DNA of 64,000 nucleotides from Leucoraja ocellata. Taxonomy: Eukaryota. Below, one piece after another: positions 38,147-51,992 of the stretch. Numbering within the stretch: position 1 is the first letter of the stretch; the number at the start of each line of letters is the position of its first letter. A program made the translations under genes and the position numbers. The notes beneath the pieces are model-generated. The model had not been told where the DNA came from. It saw only the letters and a list, made by a program, of their open reading frames with translations, and did not search any database. Location of the stretch: contig JAWMAR010000076.1 in assembly GCA_036785375.1 (NCBI GenBank), positions 7,874,001 to 7,938,000 on the forward strand, given 5' to 3'.

Positions 38147-39741
38147 TAGTGCATTCAGAAAGTATTCAGACCCCTTCACTTTTTCCACATTTTGTCACGT
38201 TACAGCCTTATACTAAAATTCTATTTTTTTTATCATCAATCTACACACAATATCCCTTAATAAAAAATCGAAAACAGGTTTAGAAATTTTTGCAGTATTA
38301 AAAAGAAATAACTGAAATATCACATTTACTTAAGTATTCAGACCCTTTGCTATGACACTCAAAATTGAGCTTGGTTGCATACTGTTTCCATTGATTATTC
38401 TTGAGATGTTTCTACAACTTTATTAGAGTCCACCAGTGGTAAATTAAATAAATTGGACATGATTTGGAAAGGCACCCACCCGTCAATATAAAGACCCCCA
38501 GTTGACAGTACATGTGAAAGCAAAAACCAAGCCATGAAGACGAAGGAATTGTCCGTAGACCTCCGAGATAGGATTGTGTCGAGCACAGATCTGGGCAAGG
38601 GTATAAAACAATTTCTGCAGCATTGCAGGTCCCGAAGAACATAGTGGTCTCCGTCAAGAACTTTGGAACCACCGACTCTTCATAAAGCTGGCCACCCGGC
38701 CAAACTGAGCAATCGGGGGAGAAGGGCCTTGGTCAGGGAGGTGACCAAGAACCCGATGGTCACTGACAGAGCTCTAGAGTTCCTCTGTGGAGATGGAAGA
38801 ACCTTCTGAAGGACAACTATATCTGCAGCACTCCACCAATCAGACCTTTATGGTAGAGTGGCCAGACGGAAGCCACTCCTCAGTCAAAGGCACATGACAG
38901 CGTGCTTGGAGTTTGCCAAAAAGCATGAGAAACAAAATTCTCTAGTCTGATGAAACCAAGATTGAACTCTTTGGCCTGAATGCAAAGCGTCACGTCTGGA
39001 TGAAACCAGGCACCACTCATCACCTGGCCAATACCATACCTACGGTGAGGCATGGTGGTGGCAGCATCATGCTGTGGGGATGTTTTTCAGCAGCAGGAAC
39101 TGGGAGACTAGTCAGGTTTGAGGGAAAGATGAACGGAGCAAAGTAAAGAGAGATCCTTGATGAAAATCTGCTCCAGAGCATGCAGGACCTGCTCCAGAGC
39201 ATGCATGGGGAAGAGATTCACCTTCCAACAGGACAATGAGCCTAAGCACACAGCCAAGACAACGCAGGAGTGGCTTTGTGACAAGTCTGTGATTGTCCTT
39301 GAGTGGCCCAGCCAGATCCCGGACTTGAACCTGATCGAACATCTCTGGAGGGACCTGAAAATAACTGTGCATCGAATCTCCCCATCCAACCTGACAGAGC
39401 TTGAGAGGATCTGCAGAGAAGAATGGGAGAAATTACCCAAATACAGGTGTGCCTAGCTTGTAGTGTCATACCCAAGAAGACTTGAGGCTGTAATCGCTGC
39501 CAAACGTGCCTCAACAAAATACTGAGTAAAGGGTCTGCATACTTATGTACATGTGATATTTCACTTATTTCCTTTTAATTACTTTGCATAAGTTTCTAAA
39601 CACCTGTTCTTTTTTTAAATAATGGAGTATTGTGTGTAGATTGATGATAACAAAAATGAATTTAATGAATTTTAGAATAGGGCTGTAATGTAACAAAATG
39701 CGGAAAAAGTGAAGGTGTTTGAATATTTTCTGAAGTCACTG
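38147..39741 (+). mobile_element. Tc1/mariner element, degenerate transposase, inserted at TA within a SINE
   Basis: TA-flanked TIRs of about 200 bp (tagtgcattcagaaagtatt.. / ..tgaagtcactg); FQQDNEPKH..PDLNLIEHLW; SINE halves at 37930-38146 and 39742-39846. Confidence 0.9.
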
Positions 39742-42700
39742 TATGTGTAAATAGTCTCCAGTGTGTGTAGGCTTGTGTTAATATGTGGACTCGGTGGGCC
39801 AAAGGGCCTGTTTCCGCACTGTCTAAACTAAACCAAACTAAACTAATAGACCTCTGATCATTTTTCCAAAGCACTACCTCACTGACACGTCAGTCACTTA
39901 CTCTATTTCCCAAGAGTAGGTTAAGCCCTGCCCTCTCCATAGCAGAGTCCTCTATTATGTGTGGTGAAACCATTCTGAACACATTCAACACATTCCATCC
40001 CATCTAAGCCTTTAAAACTATTGCAGTCCCGGCCTATATTAGGAAGGTTAAAATATGCTTTGAATTGGGAAAAACTATGATCCAAAATGCTTATATTGCA
40101 ATTTCATTGGTAAGTGGAGAACCACTTAAGATTACTTTGGAGATTGATAAGCAGAATAAAATGTATCTTTGGAAAAATAACAATTCAAATGGAATAATGG
40201 AACAGCACTGCCCTCTGGTGGTAATGGGGATACCTGCCACAGATCCCTATCTCTTCCAATTCACAGCACTTTTCCTTTAACCTTATGGGTGAGGATAGAA
40301 CGGTTTGGGCTGGTAGCAGAGAGGCCGGGATGTTGACTCCAGCACCTTCAGGGTCAGCTGCAGTAAGTGTTCCCTGAGACACAGAGACGGACGGGCGAGG
40401 AGAGGGACTTTGGTCAGTGGGCCGAGCTGTTTGAGGGTGATGGAGAATCTTGAATAAAAAAACCATTGAACCATCCTCAACATTCACCCACTCCACCACA
40501 GGTACACAGTAGCAGCGGATTGTAGCATCTTCAGGATACATTGCAGCAACTCGTCAAGACTCCTTCTACAGCACCTGCCCAACCCTGGACCTTTCAATCT
40601 CTCCCAGATAGAAGGACAAGGGCAGCAAAAGCATGGGAACGCCACCCACCTAGAAGTTGTGTTCCAATCCACACATCATCCTGACCTGGAAAAATAACGA
40701 TGTTCCTTCACCATTGCTGGTTCAACAACTTAGAACTCTCTCTCCCTCATAGCATTGTGGGTGTACATTGATTAGTACAGGTGAAAGGGGCGATGAGGAG
40801 AAGGCAGGAGAATGGGGGTTGAGGGGAAGAGATAGATCAGCCATGATTGAATGGTGAAGTAGTCTTGATGGGCCAAATGGCCTAATTCTGCTCCAATCAC
40901 TTATGACATTATGACCTCCAGGATCATAGTGTTCAGCTCTTCTCAAGGGCAATGAGGGATGGTTAATGAAAAGTTATCTCAGCCTGCAAAGCCCTCATCC
41001 CTTCACTGAGTGAAATAAGAAATAGCTCATCATTTAGGAAGGTTTGATTTAATTAATCCATGGCAACATGATCTTATTTTGTGTGTATTCTTTTATATTT
41101 TTTGAGGATGTTACAAGCAGAGGGAAGGGAGGAGACCCTGTAGATAGAGAGTATTTACATTTCTAAAGGCATTTGACACTAAAGATGGTGCACATTGTAT
41201 TACAGGGTGAATTTTAGGAAGGATTTAAAGCTGGTCCTCAAATAGAAAACAGGAAGTTGGCATAAGTGGGCTTTAATCATGTTGGATGTAATTGGGCAGC
41301 ACAGTGGCACAGCTGGTAGAGATACTGCCTCACAGTGTCAGAGACCTGGATTTGATCCTGACCTCGGGTACTGTCTGGGTGGAGTTTGTACGTTCTCCCT
41401 GAGACTGTGTGGGTTTCTTCCGGGTGTTCCAATTTCTTCCCACATCCCAAAGACATGCGGGTTTGCAGATTAGGCGGGGGGGGGGCAGAGATAGAATGTA
41501 GTCAGAGACAGTTAGACTGGTGGGAGAACTGGGAAGGGGGAGGGGATGGAGGGAGAGGGTGGATGATGAGATGTTTTCACCAAAGGGAAAATCTCAAACA
41601 AGGGGACACAGTTTCAAGGTCAGAGAGTGATTGTTTAAAGCTGAGGTATGCACTATTCTCACATAGGGTGGTGAATGTTTTTACCGTAGAGAGTCGCAGA
41701 GACCAGATTATTTAAAGTAGATGTCGGAGAAGGTTTGAATGTGTGAGGGATTGAGAGTGGTGGTCAGATTATATTGAATGGTGGGGCAGGATTGAGGGGC
41801 CATGTGGCGTACTGCTGCTCCAATATTCTTGTGTTTGCTTGCATTGGGTCTCATCTTTGGAGGGTAGAAAACTGCTCTGTCCCAGTTATCTTTTCTCAAG
41901 TCCAGTGTCGTAGTGGTAGAGCTACTGCCTTGCAGCACCAGAGGCCCAGGCTCGATCCTTGTCTGTATGGAGTTTGTACGTTCTCCCCGTGACCTGCGTG
42001 GGTTTTCTTCAAGATCTTTGGTTTCCTCCCACACTCCAAAGATGTACAGGTTTGTAGGGTAATTGTCTTGGTCTAAATGGGAAGTTGTCTCCAGTGTGCG
42101 TGGAGTAGTATTAATGAGCAGGGATCGCTGGTCGGCATGGGCCGAAGGACCTGTTTCCGCGCTGTATCTTAAAAACTAAAAAAATAACACCGTCTCTTTC
42201 CATTTCTGATCTTAGCACCACTTCTCCTTTGCTTCTTAACGTTGCTCCATGCTAATACTTAAGTGACACATCACACCCTTCCTTTGATAATCTATGAAAT
42301 ATTGCTCCTTATCGGTAATGATATTAAGAAACACCAGAATCACTTTTATGTATGTTTATGCATGGTATTTAAAACATCAATAACATCTGCTCAAAGAACG
42401 AGTGTCATGTCTTTACCACAATGACATGTAGGACTCAGAAATGCTGCAGCTGCAAGGATATTTGACCTGCCTCACTAACTCTGGAAAGGGTGTAGGAGTG
42501 ATTTACAAAGGAGGTTGATGGGATTGTAAGGTATGAGTTATACGGAGAGATTGGATATGTTGGGATTGTTTTCCTAGAGGACAGGAGGAGCATAGATAAG
42601 GTTCACACACCCCAAAATCTGGGAAATGTAAAACTAGAGGGCAAAGTTTTAAGGTAAGAGGGGAAAAATAATTAAAGGGGTTTTGAGGGGCAAGTTAATC

Positions 42701-43482
42701 AAGCAGAGGGTGGTGAGTGTGTGGAGCGCAGTGCCAAAGGAAATGGTAGAAGTGGGTATGACCGCAATGCTTCAAGTTAAGCAGGTCCATGGATAGTAAT
42801 GGTTTTGAGGATATGGGCCAAATACAGGGAAATGGGACTTGCTGAGATAAGCACCCTGGTGGGTATGGACGAGTTGGGCGGAAGGACCTGTGTCTGGGCT
42901 ATTTCACTTTATGAATCTATGACAATTACATTCCCATTGGCCGTGATGTGATGAAATGTCTCCAAACGGGACCTTGAGCAGCTCGGTCTCGATGACCTTT
43001 CACCTTTTGATCTCCACCCGCCGCCAGGAAGGATATTGCTTTGGATAGAGTTCTCTTGTCTCACACCATCGGATAGCCGTTGGAGAGCCGAAGGAGGCCG
43101 CCGTTGAGCGAGGAAGGCTGCCAAGAACAGGGTAAAACAGGGGGACTAGGTGGAGGGGGCCACTGAGAATGAAGGGGGACCCGGCAGAGGGGGAGGGGGG
43201 AGGTAGAAGATAGGACTGTTCGGTGAACTTTTGTAACTTTGACGGTGCCAAAAACATGGCCACACTTGTGTACTGCCCAGGTGAGGTCCGATGTATGATT
43301 TTACTGGGTTGTCTGCAAAACAAAGCATTTCACAGTGCCTAGGTGCATGAGACAACAATGTATAATTGAAATGGAATATCTGGGCCTTAAAACGTTGCAC
43401 ATCTGATGTGTTTGCCTGTGCAGAAATCCATCCAAGCTTCCTTTATCCAGACGAGACTGCAGAGACAGATTCCAGCTGTGGT

Positions 43483-43508
43483 TCAGATGTAGGACGTGCG
43501 TTTACTAC
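43483..43508 (-). CDS. Gene B terminal coding exon (GSKRTSYI-stop)
   Basis: ctgtttaattttgtttaagcAG acceptor, then (G)GT AGT AAA CGC ACG TCC TAC ATC TGA. Homologous to 28791 onward. Confidence 0.7.
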
Positions 43509-43569
43509 CTGCTTAAACAAAATTAAACAGAAAGTATTTACGTAAAACAAACAAGCAAAGAATGTTAGT

Positions 43570-43798
43570 TACTCAAAAATGCTGGAGAAACTCAGCGGGC
43601 GCAGCAGCATCTATGGAGCGAAGGAAATAGGCAACGTTTCGGGCCGAAACCCTTCCTCAGACGAAGAAGGGCCTGAAGAAGGGTTTTGGCCCGAAACGTT
43701 GCCTATTTCCTTAGCTCCATAGATGCTGCTGCACTGGCTGAGTTTCTCCAGCATTTTTGTGTACCTTCGATTTTCCAACATCTGTAGTTCCTTCTTAA
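43570..43798. mobile_element. Penelope-derived palindromic insertion
   Basis: Inverted arms of about 85 bp; 17-bp direct repeat AAGCAAAGAATGTTAGT at 43553-43569 and 43799-43815. Confidence 0.75.
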
Positions 43799-46700
43799 AA
43801 GCAAAGAATGTTAGTGTCTGTTTAAGGTTTCCCAACCAAAAACATCCCCTCTCCAAGTTCTCCAGAGGTTTCCTGACCCGCTGAGCTACTCCAGCACTCT
43901 GTGTCTGCCAACGTGTTAGTTAACGTCGGTTCGAGACATTGCCTAAACCGTTCCATCGAGTGTCTAAACACAGAGGTTGGGTCTCAGGGCTGTGTGGCCT
44001 CTGCTGCTCCTGAGCCTGGTGTGTGGCCAGGTACAAGGAACGAGTTCACATGGCCAGTCCTCACCACTGCCCTGGGCTGCTGCTGGTTGCAAGGGACATG
44101 GGCGGAAGCGGCCTTGACTAGAGGCTCAATCAGCAACCCTCAACGCTGGTGTTAGGGCAGTGGACCTACACCATAGAGCAGTGAACACTCTGTGTCAAGG
44201 GGAGGCAAAGTGGATGTGAAGAACAGGCCATTCGACCCTCACGTCTCTCCTGTTATTTGATCAACTGACTGACTTATCTCAACTCCAATCACCCATCTCT
44301 GTCCACATCTGAAACTCAAACCCAACAAAAATCAATTTTTGGTCAATGCTGGAATTTCTGATTATCTGGGAGAGGGATGCACATTCCCACTGAGTCATAA
44401 TGGTGCCTAGCATGGAAACAGGCCCTTCGGCCCAACCTCTCAATGCTGAACAAGTTGCCTACCTGATCAACCTACCAGCATGTGGCCCATATCCCACTGA
44501 AAATGTAGGATCCATGGATCTATGTTTGAAACATTGTAATTGCACACTTCTCTTCCACTTTGGCTGTTAGTACCAAATACCCATCAGCCTCTGTTGCCCC
44601 GCAAATCTCATTTAAGTCTTTCCCATCTCTGTTAAATTTATGCCCTCTAGTTTTAAACTCTCTTCTGGAGAAAAACAATGTTACAATTCACCTTATCCAT
44701 TAACCACCATAATGTCACCTCAAAGTCTCCTACACTAATGAAAGCAGCCTCAGACTATCCAGCTTTTCCTTGTAAGTCAAGCCTTCAAGTCCTGCTAACA
44801 TTGATGTGAATCTTTTCTTCACTCTTTCCAATTTAATATCATCCTTCCTTTACTTGGATGATCAGAACTGTTCACCGTACTCCAAGTGCGGTCTTACCAA
44901 TGTCGTGCACAATTGTAACATCCTAACACTTGTCCTCACCAACTCACAAATGAAGGCATACATGCAACCTTGTCAAACTGAGTCACCACTTTCAGAAATA
45001 ATGTGTTCTATATTTCTGTGCTAAAACACTCTGAAGGTTTACCATTGAATGTAATGCCTGCCTTTGTGTAATTTACCAAAATTCAACACTTTATACTTTT
45101 CCGAGTTAAATTAGAAACGTAGAAAATAGGTGCAGGAGTAGCCCATTCGGCCCTTCGAGCCAGCACCGCCATACAATTTGATCATGGCTGATCATCCAGA
45201 ATCAGTACCCTGTTCCTGCTTTCTTCCCATATCCCTTGACTCCATTAGCCCTAAGAGCCGTATCTAACTCTCTCTTCAATACATCCAGTGAATTGACCTC
45301 CACTGCCTTCCGTGGCAGAGAATTCCACAGATTCACAATTCTCAGGGTGAAAAAGTTTTTGTTCATCTCAGTCCTAAATGGCCAAAACTATGACGCCTGG
45401 TTCTGGACTCCCCCAACATGGGGAACATTTTTCCTGCATTCTAGTGAATATCTTCTTCTTCTTTTGTGTGGCGTGCACAGCCTAAAGTTGTTGGATAACT
45501 TGTTCTATTTGATCTTCCGTTTGTGCACGTCGAGTTGATTGCATTAGTCGAAACCAGGCGAATCACATGAAGGTTGCAACCTTCCACCCCACTAGTGAAT
45601 ATAAGCCCAGTAGACCCATTCTTTCATCATATGTCAGTCCCGCCATTGTATCTACCAGTCTTTGGCCCACTTTCCCGGTTGATCTAGATATTGTTGTTTT
45701 CTTAACTAACTTTTTTAAATTATCCATTCACTTTGCTGTAATCCACAATCTTATTAACCTTTCCACCTACATTCTCATCCAAATCGCTAATATAGATGAT
45801 GACCAACAGTAGACTCAGCACCAATCCCTACAATGGTCACTGGACTCCAATCTGAAAAGCAACCCTCCACCATCAGCATCTGACCTGCCACCAAGCCAAT
45901 TTTGTATCCAATTGGCTAGCTTGCCCGAGATCCCTTGTGATGTAATCTTCTGGGCCGGCTTTCCGTGGGGGATCTTGTCAATGGCCTTGCTAAATTCCAT
46001 GCAGATAATGTGCACTGTACCAAACTAAACTAAGTCTCCTGACATCACCCTGAAGAAGTGGGCTCTAATGTTGTTGCACCCTTGTGTTCTGGACTCATAG
46101 CCACTCCAGTGGCGTCATTCTCTCCAGCATAAAGAACCCACTAAAATGTTTACCCACTTCAGTAAGATCACAATTTCACCGTCTAAACTGAAGGAACTTA
46201 ATCCAATTTGTGACGATTTGCCCAGATAATTGAAATCTGCTGCGTCCTGACAGTAGTTCAGGTACAAATGCTCAAAACAAAGATCTTGGAGAAGGCAGAT
46301 GCCCTCTCCTTGAAATCACTGTGAACGATCACTGACGTTCATGGAGCAGGATGTGGACTGGGATTGTGAGCATTACCTTGATCACTACCTTCCAACCCAA
46401 ACAATTCATGGAACAGCTGTTGGAAAGGTCAGAGACAATGGGCGGCACGGTGGCACAGTGGTATAACTACTGCTTTACAGTGCCAGAGACCCGGGTTCGA
46501 TCCTGTCTATGGTGCTGTCTGTACAGAGTTTGTACGTTCTCGCTGTGACCTGCGTGGGTTTTATTCCAAGATCTTTGGTTTCCTCCCACACATCCTAGAT
46601 GTACAGGTTTGTGGAATAATTGGCTTGGTGTAAATGTGAACTGTCACTAGTGTGTATGGGATAGTATTAATGTGCAGGGATCGCTGGTCGGCGCGGAGTC

Positions 46701-47058
46701 AGTGGGACGAACAGCCTGTTTCCGCGCTGTATCTCTAAACTAAACTAAACTAAATAGCTTGTTTAATCCTAAAACCAAGGTGAGATAATGAATTAAAAAT
46801 ATAATTGCACTGGTTCCCTTCTCCTGGATTAGATACCGAACATTACCAGAATTGCAATGATGTATTTTCCTAACTAAATGATCTGACTCGATGATGGGTG
46901 TTAATTTACTCTCTACACCAAACCCGTTATCAGACTGAGCTCCTTTGGGCCCACCTTCATGCTGGTTGTTCCTGTCTGAAGCTTCCCTGCAGTCTCGCCA
47001 TATCTGCACAGGTAACAGATATCATATGGTGCAACAGTCAACAGTTACTGGAACGTAC

Positions 47059-47101
47059 CTTGGATATGACCGTAGATGGACTGAGTGGGTCTTTGCAAAT
47101 C
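47059..47101 (-). CDS. Gene B cytoplasmic exon 3 (ITAM second half)
   Basis: 43 nt, AG/GTACGT: DLQRPTQSIYGHIQ. Confidence 0.82.
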
Positions 47102-47191
47102 CTAGCGGAAAACACAGAAATGTTGGAAACAGCAGCTTGGCAACTCGTGCTCAGTGAAATGCTTCAGAGTCCTAAACGTCACATTTCTTAC

Positions 47192-47233
47192 CATGTAGAT
47201 GGTGTTTGGATCTGCCTGGTGATCTCCTGAATT
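47192..47233 (-). CDS. Gene B cytoplasmic exon 2 (ITAM first half)
   Basis: 42 nt, AG/GTAAGA: NSGDHQADPNTIYM. Confidence 0.82.
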
Positions 47234-47269
47234 CTACAACACAACACAATCGAACTGTTACTTTGGTCA

Positions 47270-48550
47270 ATAGAGACACAAGGAACTGCAGATTATGGAA
47301 TCTTACATGGAATTATGGAACATGGATACTTCAGCAGGTCAGACAGCATCTCTGGATGACATGGATAGGTGACGTTTCAGATCAGGGCCCTTCTTCAGGC
47401 TGATTGTAGTAGGGGGCAGAAAGCTTGAAAAGAGGTGGGAGCAGGACTAAGCCTGGCAAGTGATAGGTAGATACAGGTCAGGTGTCTTTTGATTGACAGA
47501 TGAGCGGACAAAGGCTAGAGATGAAAAGGAGACAATAGGGTGAGAAAAAGGGAAAATAGGAGACAAAAAGGACACAAGGATACAAAGTAACTCAGTAGGT
47601 CAGAGAGCATCTCTGGAGAACATGGGTAGCTGATATTTCAGCTCGAGACCCTTCTTTAGACTCAAGGACACAAGGAATGTCAGGTAAGGAGGGAAGAGGT
47701 GAGATACATTAGTGAAACGTAAGCAATAAAAGTGAAAGAGGAAGGGAGATAAAAGAGGGCGGAATAATGGGAAAAATGATCAGGCACTAAGGTGGAAGGA
47801 TACGGGAAAGAGAGATGGGGGGGGGGGGGGGTCATCAAAAAGGAAGGTGCTTAACAAAATTGGAGAATTTACCATTCATACTGTTGGGTTGTTAGCCACA
47901 CAAGTAGAATATGTGGTGTTGTTCCACTGGTTTGTGTGTGGCTTCACTCTGGCAATGGAGGAGACCCAAGCAGAAGCATCGGGATGGGAACAAGAGTTGA
48001 AATCTTCTCAACAAGGAGTTACAGCAGGTCTTGGGAGGCTGAGCATGAAACAACCGCTTAGTCTATGCCTGGTCTCACCGAGATAAAGTAAACCATGTTG
48101 GGAGCAAATGTAGTAGATGAGGTTATAGCATCCACTGTGATACTCTGCTTCACCTGGAAGGGCTGCTAGGGTCACAAGATGGAAGTGAGGGAGGAGATTT
48201 AGGGACAGGAGTCTCCTGTAGTTTCGGTGGGGAGGGATGAGGGAAGCAAATAGTTGCAGAGGGAGCAACCTCTGCAGAAGGTGCAATGGGTGGAGATGCG
48301 AAGATATGACTGTTGGTAGAATCACCTTGGAGGTAACGGAAATATTGTAGGATGTCATACTGGATGCAAAGTTGGTGGGGTGAAAGGTGAGGAACAGGGA
48401 TCTTTATCCTTCTTCCGTCTGTAGGAATAGGGGGTGAGATCAGAACTGCTGGACACAGAAGAGACATGGGCTTGGGAACAAGAGACGGGGGAACAAGACA
48501 TTTGAAGAGGCGTTGGTGAGGCAGGGCCAAACAGATACAATGGGTTTGTC
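47270..48550. mobile_element. Degenerate Penelope-like element remnants
   Basis: Repeated cagcatctctgga..gacgtttc..cccttcttcag motif; LYLGETRHRL (GIY-YIG-like) in ORF 48008-48358. Confidence 0.55.
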
Positions 48551-49853
48551 AAGACAGTCTTACTTGTGCTTGTTCTTTGGTCAATAGGTTTAGGTTGAAG
48601 TGTAATATCATCATGTGTATCGAGGTGCAGTGAAAAGCTTTGTTTCACATACTATTCAATTAACCAGATAATATTATACATCAATATAATCAAGTCAAAT
48701 TCACAAACAATATGTTGATCAGAGGGAAGGGTACAGGTGCTGAATATAGTTCTCAGCATTTATAGTTCGCAACATTGTAGTGAACGAGTTCTATAGACAA
48801 AGACCAAAATCTGCCATAGGGTAGAGGTGAATCTGCCAGTACCCTATAAAGGACCATTCAGAAGCCTGATGACGGAGGAAGAAGTTCCTAAAGGGCCTGT
48901 CAAGCTTGATGAAAAATGTCCACGAGTAAAAAAGGTCGTGAATTAGGTTGTGAAAGTAGGACAGGCCCTTAAATCTGGTGATGTGTGCTTTAAACTTTTG
49001 TATCTTCTGTGGAATGGGAATGAGGAGAAGAAGAAATTATGTGGTGGGATGTCTTTGATTATATTGGATGCTTTTCCAAAACGATATGAAGTGTGGATGG
49101 AGTCAATAGTGGGGAGTCTGGTCTGTTTCCCAATCTCTGAAACTCACAGTCAGTTTGTGGTAGAACAACTGAAGGGTGGGAGGAAATATATCAGAGCCGA
49201 GGTTCTGAAATATTGGAGAGGAATTCACTAATTGTTCAGGAGAACAAGTGCTGAGTATTTTCAGCATGATGATGAGAGATGTTAGAACTACACTCATAAG
49301 AATAATATAATGTCTCCACACACACTGCATGGGAATAGGAACAGCAAGCACATACATACACACCACACGTTTCATGTCATGGAGGATTCAGCCGTTTCAT
49401 GGGGAGTGTCCTTTGAAAGGATTCTGAGACCATGTTAAACCTGCCGTTTATATGGATACACACTCCATGGCGTTTGGAATGGAAGTTATCAGACAACAAT
49501 TGAAGCAGTTGAGCTAACGGTGGAGCTGATGGCCAAATGTTTGGCCAGAGAGGAAGGTTTTAAATAGACTAAAGCAGGAGAGGTCCAGAGGTTGAGCTCC
49601 TCTCAGCTGAAGCTGAACCATCAGACGGGTTGTGAGACGTGGGAGTGTGTTCTCACTGCTCACGAGCAGTGCAAGTCCCACTCTCCATTGACCAATCCAC
49701 CATGTACATTTACAAATCATAAAGACATTGCGATAATACTCAATGATTAACAAAGACGGTGGAATAAATACCTGATGGGAAGCTAATAGCACACCATCAG
49801 GGAGAGAGATCCCAGCACAGGTCTGCTTATCCCAGAAAACTATTAGAACTCAC

Positions 49854-49927
49854 CGGGACATTTCTTGCCACGGAAATGTTTTCATAATCTGCTCCTGGGG
49901 TCTGATCATCAGCCGCTCCGGACTGGG
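49854..49927 (-). CDS. Gene B cytoplasmic exon 1 (YENI)
   Basis: 74 nt, AG/GTGAGT: TQSGAADDQTPGADYENISVARNVP. Confidence 0.85.
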
Positions 49928-50094
49928 CTGTGAAAAAGAGAACAAGGTCTCAGCAAGAGCAGCCTTGGAGCTGTGAATCCCACTTTGCTACCCAACAGCA
50001 TAATGACGGCTCTTTGACAATCGGAACCACCCTTTCCAATTTCACTAATTCCACACAGCGATTGGATCAGACTGAATGATCTAGTTACACATAC

Positions 50095-50229
50095 TGGACT
50101 GGTGGCTTCCAGAAGCTCTGCATCTGATGAGGCAAATGGCTCCAGTAACAGCAAGAACTCCCAGCACCAAAGGTAGAATGATCCAGGCAAGGTACATCAT
50201 CGCAACTTGATTCTCCTTTGTTTGAGAAA
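50095..50229 (-). CDS. Gene B transmembrane exon
   Basis: 135 nt, AG/GTATGT: SQTKENQVAMMYLAWIILPLVLGVLAVTGAICLIRCRASGSHQS. Confidence 0.88.
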
Positions 50230-51647
50230 CTGCAAATAAATCACATCATTGGGTCAACATCAGGGGAAAGTAATGTCAGTGCAGAAGGAAGCCACTTGGC
50301 CCATTGTTCTGTGCCAACTCTTTGAAAGAGTGGTCCACTGATCCTAACCCACTTATTTCCCCGGAGTCCTGCAATAGGTTCTCACTGGAATATATCCAAT
50401 TTCTGGTGGAATGTTGCTATTCAACATGCGTCCACCAGCTGACCCAACTGGCCACTGAATAAAGCACAGTCCCCAGAGGCACCCTGTTCCTTCAACCTTC
50501 ATTGACCATTCTGATATAAATGTACTGTGATAAATGAAGGAAGGGGAGCACCGAGTGTTCACAAACCAGTGAGTTTACCTGGCCATGTATTGGAATGCAT
50601 TCAAATTAACCAAATAAGCATTAATTTGGAAATCATTGAGTGTCAGCGAAATTTGACTCTGGAGCTTGAATTGGGTTTCGCTGTAACAGTGCAAAGGTGA
50701 CACACAGAGAGGTCAGAGTAGCAGCGGGAGAGGGGATCAGAGTGGTGACATCAGGAAGCTAAAGGTCGCTCCTGTAGATGGAGTGGAAATACTCCACAAA
50801 GCATTCACTCTATGTGTATAGAAAGGAACTGCAAATGCTGGTTTATACCGCCTACATGCACAAAGTGCTGGAGTAAGTCAGTGGGTAAGGCAGCATCTCT
50901 GGATAAATCGGGTGGGTGACGTTTTAATGTGGTCCAGCACAACCCATGTTTAGACCTTGCACTGTTACTGTGTCTGATGAAGGGTCGCTGACCCAAAACG
51001 TCACCCATCCTTTTTCTCCAGAGATGCTGGCTGACACACTCCAAATTTGGCTGAACCAAAATTGTATACAGATACAACAAGATCTGCTTACATTAACCCT
51101 TAACACCTTGACCACAGAAGGCAAGTTTGCTGGAGAGTCTTTTATTACCTTATCTACTTGAATAGCACTTTTAGGGAGACATGGACTTACACCCCAAGAT
51201 GCATGTATGTGTCCTGCCAACCCTGCCTGCATTCAATGGTATTAGCTATAAGGCACAGTTGGATAAGCTTGGAGTATCAGATACTGAGGTGTGTTCCTAT
51301 ACAGATATATAAATTTTAAAGAGGTATAGATAGAGTAGATGTAGTTGGGGTACGTTGGTCGGCGTGAACAAGTTTGGCTGAAAGGCCTGTCTCCATGCTC
51401 TTTGACTCTATGTGTATTTCTCTGCCCAATATTGCAGGGTCTTAGAACTTCCTAAATTTTAAATGCATTAGAAGAAAGCATAAATAAATTCAGATAAACA
51501 AAAGATTGAATACATCATATTTTTTAAAACACTGAAATGCATCATAGGTTAAACTTTAAATTAATTTGTAAACCTGCAGTCCCAGCCCTTGCATGTTCCA
51601 TATCTACACTAACAGAGATCGTTTAGTATTGTGTAAACTGAACTTAC

Positions 51648-51992
51648 CAGTGACATTGACCTGTGTTCCATTCCCTCTGATATCTCCCCACACTGTGCAG
51701 TAATAGACGGCAGAGTCATTGAGCATCACGTTTGTGACCGTCAGGATGAAGCTGCTGCTGGAGACGTCTTTGAACGGCTGGAACCGCTCAGTACAGCCTG
51801 GTTTCGTTCGTACCCTGCCTCCTGCCTCGTGTGTTAAAACCCACTCCATGTCCTGCCCGGGTAGTTCTCGATACCAGTGGACGTCAGTGTTTCCCACTTC
51901 AGCGTTCTCCATGGAGCAATATAACCGTGCCGTGTGACCCTCAGTGACACGGTCCAGCCTCGGGAATTGGATCAGGATTGGAGGATTTGCAT
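51648..51992 (-). CDS. Gene B V exon (positional paralog of A-V4), intact
   Basis: 345 nt, phase 1-1, open: DANPPILIQFPRLDRVTEGHTARLYC..YYCTVWGDIRGNGTQVNVT. Downstream intron gtaagttcagtttacacaatactaaa matches that of A-V4. Confidence 0.9.

Noticed and set aside
22436-50229. Classical activating/inhibitory paired-receptor arrangement
   Set aside because: Both genes have uncharged TMs and the same tyrosine motifs, so they are not an obvious opposite-sign pair.
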